From positions 1-32,000 of the forward strand of contig NC_017039.1 in assembly GCF_000284455.1 (NCBI RefSeq): 32,000 nucleotides of DNA, read 5' to 3'. This DNA is from Synechocystis sp. PCC 6803 substr. PCC-P (lineage in GTDB: Bacteria > Cyanobacteriota > Cyanobacteriia > Cyanobacteriales > Microcystaceae). Positions 23,139-29,967 of this stretch are shown here, one piece after another. Position numbers and translations under genes: made by a program. Position 1 is the first letter of the stretch. Each line of letters starts with the position of its first letter. Below the pieces are notes generated by a model. It did no database searches, was not told the origin of the DNA, and worked only from the letters and a program-made list of their open reading frames with translations.

Positions 23139-24104
23139 TTATTTATCAATTTCTTTTAAGTAGCTGACACTATACTGCTTGACAGAAATAAGTTCATCTC
23201 CTGAATTTCTAGCAGTCATCACTGACCCATTGACTTCAACTCTTGCAAAATAAGCTCCTTTAACTTTATCGGGAGAAATAAAATCAAATTGAACCTCTAC
23301 CCAATTGGGATCATGCTGATTATCATCCATGTTCAATATTTGAGCTGATTTTTGATAATTTAACCATTGCCAACCTCGTTGAGTCCAAATTTCACGCTCA
23401 ACAATCTGGGCAAATTTTGTTACGCCTACCCAACCTCGATAAAATTTATAAAGTTGTTTAACTTGACCTTCTTGCCTTACCAGATTATCTAAAACTTCAG
23501 ACTCAAGATGTCCCCAAACTTGCCCATTTGGAAAATCAATTAAAGTCGGAGCAAACTGATGTCCCCCAAAATGAGAGCAGCGCCATATTCTTAAATTTTT
23601 TGATGCATATTTTTGTCGTAATTGTTTATAAATAGGATAACCAAATCTCGAACAAGCCACATCAATGTTTCCATGAGTACATACCATCATATCTCGATCA
23701 ACAACATCTGACAGTTTATAGTTACGAAAATTTTCTAACTCTGGAGATTGATAACATAAATTTTTGATAAGATCCCACCTTTGATCATCAGGAACTAAAT
23801 ATTCTTCTTTTATAAAACTGGAAAAGAGCAAATTAAACTTTTGGTAGTGAATAATACGACTAAATCCTGATTGAGAATACTCGTGATCTGAGGCGATCGC
23901 CATTGGAGATACTTTAACTCCTTGATCAGAAAGTTGATGAAAAAGATCATGAATTGGTTTAAGAATGGGGTCATGATGAAAGCGTTCCTCTGTCCAAGGT
24001 TGGGGTAATTCCATAATTAACCAACGATCACTTGAATTTGCTGTGCCGATAGGATCTTCCCCGTTAGATTTGGAAATAACGGAACAAAATTGACAATTAA
24101 TCAT
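23139..24104 (-). CDS. Sucrase/ferredoxin-like (Suc_Fer-like) thioredoxin-fold candidate iron-sulfur protein (sll1203-like)
   Basis: Family motif CTHGNIDVACSRFGYPIYKQLRQKY...WRCSHFGGHQFAPTLIDFPNGQVWGHL and N-terminal CQFCS. ATGA overlap with the downstream binding-protein gene. Confidence 0.8.
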   Translation of the reverse strand: MINCQFCSVISKSNGEDPIGTANSSDRWLIMELPQPWTEERFHHDPILKPIHDLFHQLSDQGVKVSPMAIASDHEYSQSGFSRIIHYQKFNLLFSSFIKEEYLVPDDQRWDLIKNLCYQSPELENFRNYKLSDVVDRDMMVCTHGNIDVACSRFGYPIYKQLRQKYASKNLRIWRCSHFGGHQFAPTLIDFPNGQVWGHLESEVLDNLVRQEGQVKQLYKFYRGWVGVTKFAQIVEREIWTQRGWQWLNYQKSAQILNMDDNQHDPNWVEVQFDFISPDKVKGAYFARVEVNGSVMTARNSGDELISVKQYSVSYLKEIDK

Positions 24105-25144
24105 GGTTTTTGATTGGTTAAGAGTTGTTTTTTTAATTCATTAAGATAAAGTTTTGTACCGAAAAAACCTGGTAAACCCGTGCATAGATAAGTTGGAATA
24201 TAATAAACACGATTTTCTCGACTTGCTTTCATTGATTGTGTTATTGCATTTTCTGACCACTGTTGTTGTAAATTAGATAATTGATGCTCAGTAAAATTTT
24301 GTCTACTTTTTGATTTATTGAATTCTTGAAAATTATAACCTAAGATAATAATTGAATTGGCATTATTTAACTTAGGAAGAGATTCTAAAGAAAGGGGCAG
24401 TCTTGAATTTGTAGATGTACCTGCTCCTGGTAAAGAAACTAATTCAAATCCCAATTCTTCAATTAGAGAGCTACAAAGATCTTCATTATTGGCAATAGAC
24501 AATTCCTGTAAATTTTGAGCATGAAGTAGAAGCATTTTGGGGTATCCTGCAACAATTTTGGAAAATTCCTGCTTTGCTTTTTCAATTTCTTGCTGAGTTT
24601 CTTGTAAAAGTTGTTCGACTTTTTCTTCTTGCTTAACAGCCTGGGCAATCTTCTCTAGATTTTCAGTAGGTTCATTCCAAGATAACATTAAGGTAGGTGC
24701 AAGTTGAGAAAATTTTTGATATTCATTTTTATTATGATCAGGACTCAAAATTAAATCAGGTTTTGCTTTAAAAATTCCTTCTAACGAAGGCATGTAAGCA
24801 ATTCCTACATTGGCAATGGGTTTATTAATATATTGTCCCAAATAAGGAATTTGCTCGGTAGGATGATCATAATCTTCTTTATGAAAAGCAATGTGATCTG
24901 CATAGGCAATAGGTTGAATGTTTAACGCTAGTAAAGGTTCTAATAAATAGGGACCAAGTACAACAACTCTTTGAGGAATTCCACAGATTTCAGTTTCTCC
25001 CATTTTATGCTCAATTATCCGGCAACCTTTTTTATCTGATTGTTGTAGATGTGAAGATCGATCTATGTTTGTATTACAAGAAGTCAAAAGAGACGTCATA
25101 AAAATCATGAGAGTAGAAAAGTAATTTATCTTATATTTTTTCAT
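24101..25144 (-). CDS. Fe3+-siderophore periplasmic binding lipoprotein (sll1202-like)
   Basis: Lipobox LLTSCNTN; ETEICGIPQRVVVLGPYLLEPLLALNIQPIAYAD; GIFKAKPDLILS; LVSLPGAGTSTNSRLPLSLESLPKL. Confidence 0.88.
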   Translation of the reverse strand: MKKYKINYFSTLMIFMTSLLTSCNTNIDRSSHLQQSDKKGCRIIEHKMGETEICGIPQRVVVLGPYLLEPLLALNIQPIAYADHIAFHKEDYDHPTEQIPYLGQYINKPIANVGIAYMPSLEGIFKAKPDLILSPDHNKNEYQKFSQLAPTLMLSWNEPTENLEKIAQAVKQEEKVEQLLQETQQEIEKAKQEFSKIVAGYPKMLLLHAQNLQELSIANNEDLCSSLIEELGFELVSLPGAGTSTNSRLPLSLESLPKLNNANSIIILGYNFQEFNKSKSRQNFTEHQLSNLQQQWSENAITQSMKASRENRVYYIPTYLCTGLPGFFGTKLYLNELKKQLLTNQKP

Positions 25145-25230
25145 ACAATAATTTAAATATGTAAGTATAAATAGCTCTCCTCTGCTTTTTGACTGGAGCT
25201 AAAGAAGAGCAGATTTTTTTGAACTTCCTA

Positions 25231-25266
25231 AATCATTAAAAAAACAGCAAGTAACTTTTAATGATT
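25231..25266 (-). terminator. Perfect 11-bp inverted repeat immediately after the TonB-receptor stop codon (putative terminator or 3'-end structure)
   Basis: AATCATTAAAA (25231-25241) / TTTTAATGATT (25256-25266), 14-nt loop. AT-rich and without a clear following T-run, so terminator function is uncertain. Confidence 0.4.
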
Positions 25267-27839
25267 TAAAACTGAACCGAAAATGAGCCAATAATAATAA
25301 ATGGTTCACCAGGTTCAATTCCTGTTTGGTTACCACTGACTGCTCGGACGTAGTTAGCATTAGTAAAATTCCTCAAGTTTAGGGCAACTCGATATTTATC
25401 TCGTTGGTAAAAAATCGCTGCGTTTCCGATGATATAATCCCCCACTGTGTAGGTATTAGCTAAATCACCAAAACGATCGCCAACGTAATTAAAGCCAATT
25501 CCAAACCCTAGTCCTTGTAATGCCCCCGATTGAATTTCATAGGTCGTCCATAAATTCGCCATATTATAGGGAATACCAAATAGGCGGTTATCGACAAAAT
25601 TAGGATCTGTATCCTCGGTGACTTTTGCATTGATATAAGAATAGTTACCAATAATTTTCCAGCCGGGTAAAATTTCTCCCACAATATCTAGTTCAATGCC
25701 TTGGCTTTGTTGTGTTCCAATGGTAGATAAAAATAGGGGATTAACTGGATCGCTAACCGCTACATTATTTTTACTAATATTAAAATAAGTTAAGGTTGTG
25801 AGAAGTTGTTGCTCAAATAGTTCCGCTTTAACGCCAATTTCAAAACCTTCTCCCCGTTCTGGTTCTAGGGGATTGCCACTGATATCTATTCCACTATTGG
25901 GAGTGAAAGATTGGGAATAGTTGCTAAAGAAGCTAATTTCCGGAATTGGACGATATAGTAGGCCTATCCTTGGTGTAACTGCACTATCTGTTTGTTGTGT
26001 ATTTCCCCCTTGGTTAAAATCAGTTTGTAAATTATTTGTGTTTTGAGTGATAGTATCGTAACGAAGTCCTGCAACTAAAATTAGATTTTCTAATAAAGAA
26101 ACTTGATCCTGTAGATAAATTCCCAAACGATTGGAACTGGTAAAAGTATCGCCAAAAAGAGGTAAATCAGAGCGATTAGGTTTGGGAATTGCATTATAAT
26201 CGGGATCAAATACGTTAATTGACGTCGGACCACCAAAAAGCGTTAAAATACTCTCTTCAGACCAGTTATAATCAATTCCAGCTAAGAGCTCATGTTTAAC
26301 TGAGCCTGTAGAAAATTTACCGACAGCATTGGTATAGAAAGAATAGGAGCCCTGTTGTCCGTCCTGGTCAGCAAAGAAGCGGGTAACCGTTGGCCCATTC
26401 ACAATAGTAGGAAGAGCAATGACGTTATAGTCATAGTTGTAGCTCATATAGCGAAAAGCATTGCGTAACTTCCAATTTTCATTGAAGCGATGCTCTAGAT
26501 TATATCCAGCGCTAATAAAGTTTTTGTTAACAATATCACTGGGATCATTAATTACCCGCGAGCGGGGTACTGGTGCAACCCCATCTCCGAAGCTACTCAA
26601 GCCAAAGTCAGCAGGATTCGTGTCATTAATATATTCAACAGCTAAACTTAAATCTGTGTCGTCAGTGATAGCATAGGTGACAATGGGAGCGTAGGCAAAT
26701 CGTTCTAACGGTTGATTAAAGTCGCGAAAACTCGCTTCATTACTATAAACGCCGTTTAATCGATAACGTAAATTCCCACTGGGATTTAAACCACCTGAAA
26801 TATCAAAACGGGGACGAACTAATCCTTGATTACCTAATTGCACTTCGACTTCAGCAAACGGTTCATTAAGTGGTTTTTTCGAGTTTAAATTAATTACACC
26901 TCCGGGTTCAATTTGGCCATATAAAATAGAAGAAGGACCTTTGAGCACTTCCACCTGTTGTAGGTGAGAAACTTCCGTAATCCCTTGAAACCCTCCATAA
27001 AGTCGAAAACCATCCCTAAGAATAGGAACCGTATCACTAAATTGATTGCCAAATCCTCGAATACCAAAGATAGTTTCTCTTCCCCCTGTAGTACCGCCAA
27101 AAGTCACACTGCTAACATTTGTCAACACATCTTCGAGGGTGATGGCTTGTTGGGAACGAATTACTTCTTCTGAAACAACCTGTGCAGAAAAAGGCGTATC
27201 CATAATGGGAGTGTCAGTCCCCGTGGCAACCGAAGTGTTGGGAACGAAAAATTCTTGGACTGCTGCTTCTTCTTCTCGGGTAGCAACAATTTCGATTTCT
27301 TCTTCCGATTCCACTGTGTTAATTGGAGGCGTTAGGCTCAAAATTAAATTTTCGGATGATGGTATCACCTGAGCGGCGGGAACAGTACCATTGCCAGTTA
27401 CGGTAATGCGTAGTGAATTTGAACTTGTCTGTACGGCGGTTATTTGACTAATTTGCTCACTGGGATTCTCAACTATAAAATTTTCCCCATCTGGTAGCCT
27501 TAAAACTGCGTCTAAAATATCGATGATGAGAATATTGTCCTCACTAATAATTAAGGGTATTAGCTGGGATTGATCGGCCGTTTTTAAAATTAATTCAATG
27601 CCAGTTTGCGTATCTTTAAGTTCAATTTGGATAACTTCTTTAATTTGAGCTTGGGATATTTGCTGTTGCCAATTTTCTATCTTTACATTTGCCTTATATT
27701 CATTCTGTAACTCCTGATCTTCTAATTTTTCTTTTTCAGATAAATTACTTTCCCCTACTGATCCTAGGGCAACACCAGAATGTAAGGCCGTCAAACCAAT
27801 CAAAACGGCGAGCGAAGTCTGTTCCAAAATTTTGATCAT
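25266..27839 (-). CDS. fhuA: TonB-dependent siderophore receptor with N-terminal AMIN-like domain (sll1409-like, FhuA/FpvA type)
   Basis: TonB-box-like EEEIEIVATREEEA, TDTPIMDTPFSAQVV plug, LQQVEVLKGPSSILYGQIEPGGVINLNSKKP, C-terminal FIIIGSFSVQF. The track starts at GTG 27857; ATG 27839 with GGGGAG SD is the likelier start. Confidence 0.92.
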   Translation of the reverse strand: MIKILEQTSLAVLIGLTALHSGVALGSVGESNLSEKEKLEDQELQNEYKANVKIENWQQQISQAQIKEVIQIELKDTQTGIELILKTADQSQLIPLIISEDNILIIDILDAVLRLPDGENFIVENPSEQISQITAVQTSSNSLRITVTGNGTVPAAQVIPSSENLILSLTPPINTVESEEEIEIVATREEEAAVQEFFVPNTSVATGTDTPIMDTPFSAQVVSEEVIRSQQAITLEDVLTNVSSVTFGGTTGGRETIFGIRGFGNQFSDTVPILRDGFRLYGGFQGITEVSHLQQVEVLKGPSSILYGQIEPGGVINLNSKKPLNEPFAEVEVQLGNQGLVRPRFDISGGLNPSGNLRYRLNGVYSNEASFRDFNQPLERFAYAPIVTYAITDDTDLSLAVEYINDTNPADFGLSSFGDGVAPVPRSRVINDPSDIVNKNFISAGYNLEHRFNENWKLRNAFRYMSYNYDYNVIALPTIVNGPTVTRFFADQDGQQGSYSFYTNAVGKFSTGSVKHELLAGIDYNWSEESILTLFGGPTSINVFDPDYNAIPKPNRSDLPLFGDTFTSSNRLGIYLQDQVSLLENLILVAGLRYDTITQNTNNLQTDFNQGGNTQQTDSAVTPRIGLLYRPIPEISFFSNYSQSFTPNSGIDISGNPLEPERGEGFEIGVKAELFEQQLLTTLTYFNISKNNVAVSDPVNPLFLSTIGTQQSQGIELDIVGEILPGWKIIGNYSYINAKVTEDTDPNFVDNRLFGIPYNMANLWTTYEIQSGALQGLGFGIGFNYVGDRFGDLANTYTVGDYIIGNAAIFYQRDKYRVALNLRNFTNANYVRAVSGNQTGIEPGEPFIIIGSFSVQF

Positions 27840-27910
27840 TTTTTGTGCTCCCCACACTTACTGATAATTAATGGATATATTCTAGGGGAAAGCCAAAATG
27901 TATTTCTTTG

Positions 27911-27945
27911 TAGGACGGACTTTTTTCTTTGTGAAACGGACTTTT
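27911..27945. promoter_or_regulatory. Candidate AraC-type operator: TAGGACGGACTTTTT / TGAAACGGACTTTTT, CGGAC spacing 21 bp
   Basis: Tandem direct repeats seen in sequence between the regulator 3' end and the receptor start. They share AAACGGACTT with the 20484-20520 motif. Confidence 0.55.
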
Positions 27946-27989
27946 TAGATCATAACTTTTCTTCTGTCAGAATGAAAAACTGCTTACTA

Positions 27990-29030
27990 CTATTTGTAGA
28001 AAATTGTCTTTTGATGGGTTTTGGGGCTAACTCCAAATTTTCGTCTAAATGCCATGCAAAAAGCTTCTGGATTGGTATATCCTACCCTTTGTGCTACCTG
28101 GGCCACGGATAAGTTATTATCTGCTAATAATTGCTGAGCCTGTTGCATGCGATAATTATACAGATAACCAAATACGGTCGTGCCAAATAGTTGACGAAAG
28201 CCTTGTTTTAGCTTACGCTCATTTAAGCTAACTTGTCGAGATAACTGTGCCAAGGAAGGAGGATCAAGTACTTGTTTGACCAAGATTTCCTGTGCATATT
28301 TCACTCTTTCTAAATCGTCTTTTTTTAATTGAGATGCTTTTTTTTCTGATTTAGTAGCATCCATACAATTAAATTGCCAGGCAAATAATTCTAAAGCCTT
28401 ACTTTCTAAATAAATTTGTTTAATTATGCCTTGATAGGGACATTGATAAATTTGCTGTAATATCTCAGTGACTTTAAGTGTGTTTTTACCTAGTGATAAG
28501 TGGAACTTTAAATCACGATCGCCTGTGATTAATTGGTTAATTAAGCTAGGAGCAAAGTTTTCACTTTGATAAAAACAACTGAAATAATCAACAGGAGCAT
28601 AAACACTAACTAATTTTATTTCAGTATCACATGGCCATTGCTCGAGTTCTGATAAATTAGGTAAATGATAAAGATAATTTCTGCCCGCTAATTCTGTATA
28701 TTTTGGCTCAATTTCTTTAGTTTTAAATGTTTCTACTACTGAATTTCCTGTAAGATAAAAGTGAGCAACTAGAGGAAAATTCTTCTTATGATTCCTCTTT
28801 AAGTACATAACTTCGGCAAGTTGTACCTGAATAATTTCAATTGTTAAGCCGTCCCTCAACTGGATAGATCGATTATACCCTTTACCCAGTCTTTGCGGTA
28901 AATTTATTATGGTTTCATTGTCTTGAAAATGTACTGTAAATTCATCAAAATCAACAATTTGTCTTGAAGTAGTTGGTTGATTTGGTAAAACAATCGTGGT
29001 GTTGGGATCAAATACATTAACATCTTTCAT
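27990..29030 (-). CDS. AraC-family transcriptional regulator, PchR type (sll1408-like)
   Basis: AraC HTH NERKLKQGFRQLFGTTVFGYLYNYRMQQAQQLLADNNLSVAQVAQRVGYTNPEAFCMAFRRKFGVSPK. N-terminal half is also paralogous to 20615..21595 (QIYQCPYQGIIKQIYLESKALELFAW). Confidence 0.92.
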   Translation of the reverse strand: MKDVNVFDPNTTIVLPNQPTTSRQIVDFDEFTVHFQDNETIINLPQRLGKGYNRSIQLRDGLTIEIIQVQLAEVMYLKRNHKKNFPLVAHFYLTGNSVVETFKTKEIEPKYTELAGRNYLYHLPNLSELEQWPCDTEIKLVSVYAPVDYFSCFYQSENFAPSLINQLITGDRDLKFHLSLGKNTLKVTEILQQIYQCPYQGIIKQIYLESKALELFAWQFNCMDATKSEKKASQLKKDDLERVKYAQEILVKQVLDPPSLAQLSRQVSLNERKLKQGFRQLFGTTVFGYLYNYRMQQAQQLLADNNLSVAQVAQRVGYTNPEAFCMAFRRKFGVSPKTHQKTIFYK

Positions 29031-29097
29031 TTTTGCTTCGGGGTTTTATGAAATTTATCAAAAAGATACTCTGAAGGTAATACCGAAATTAAAATCA

Positions 29098-29895
29098 TCA
29101 TTTTACTGTGTATGCCCAGATTTCGAATTGTGCTTGAGACGATAACTCCACCTTTAATGAATCGTAATATTCATAACAAAATACTTCAAATTCCTTTATG
29201 GCAAGATTAAATGCTTCATCTGGAAGGAGCCAGCATAATCCATAGGCATGTGATCTGTAAAAATGGAGTAGTTCTTGCACCTGATTGCTTACCGTCCATT
29301 CCTTAGCTGTCAAATAATTACACTGATACCCTTTATTTAGTAAATATTCATCTATATTAATTTTGTTAGTTACTTCTAATGATTGTTGTGAAGGCTTTGG
29401 CTCTTGATACTTAAGCAAAATAGTTTTGAAATGGTTCTCAAATTCTAGATGTGCAGGGGGAGTAACCCATTGAGCATTTAAATAAAAACCATTTGGTTTT
29501 AGGACTCGATCAATCTCATCTAAAAACATACCTAAATTGGAAACAGAATGAAGCATATGAACCGTTAACACTACGTCGAAGCTGCTGTCTGGAAAAGATA
29601 GTTGCGATGCATCTTCATGGATCAACCTAAGATTCGGAGGAATACGGGGCAACTTTTGAGAAAATTGGCTAAGCATTTCCTGAGAAATATCAACACCAGT
29701 TACAGAATAACCACGTCTGACTAAAGGAATGACATTGAGCCCAGTCCCTACACCAGGCTCAAGAAAAGTAGTTTCTCTTGTTGCCTTCACTAGAGCGAGA
29801 ATAAAATCTGCAACTTCTTCAGCAATTGGTTCTGTCATCCAGCGAGTTTGATCGTAAATGTCAGCAATTTTGCTGTAGTAAACATTTTTTTTCAT
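29098..29895 (-). CDS. Class I SAM-dependent methyltransferase (sll1407-like)
   Basis: Motif I FLEPGVGTGLNVIPLVRRGYSVTGVDIS and DVVLTVHMLHSVSNLGMFLDEIDRVLKPNGFYL. Confidence 0.88.
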   Translation of the reverse strand: MKKNVYYSKIADIYDQTRWMTEPIAEEVADFILALVKATRETTFLEPGVGTGLNVIPLVRRGYSVTGVDISQEMLSQFSQKLPRIPPNLRLIHEDASQLSFPDSSFDVVLTVHMLHSVSNLGMFLDEIDRVLKPNGFYLNAQWVTPPAHLEFENHFKTILLKYQEPKPSQQSLEVTNKINIDEYLLNKGYQCNYLTAKEWTVSNQVQELLHFYRSHAYGLCWLLPDEAFNLAIKEFEVFCYEYYDSLKVELSSQAQFEIWAYTVK

Positions 29896-29930
29896 CTTTC
29901 CAATCCTGGTTTTGGAGCATTAGAAAATTT

Positions 29931-29957
29931 ACTGCTGATAATCTCATCATCAGCAGT
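29931..29957 (-). terminator. Perfect 9-bp inverted repeat between receptor and methyltransferase genes (putative terminator or processing hairpin)
   Basis: ACTGCTGAT (29931-29939) / ATCAGCAGT (29949-29957) with a 9-nt loop, starting after the stop of the 29968..32000 receptor. Confidence 0.45.
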
Positions 29958-29967
29958 CTTAAAATGC

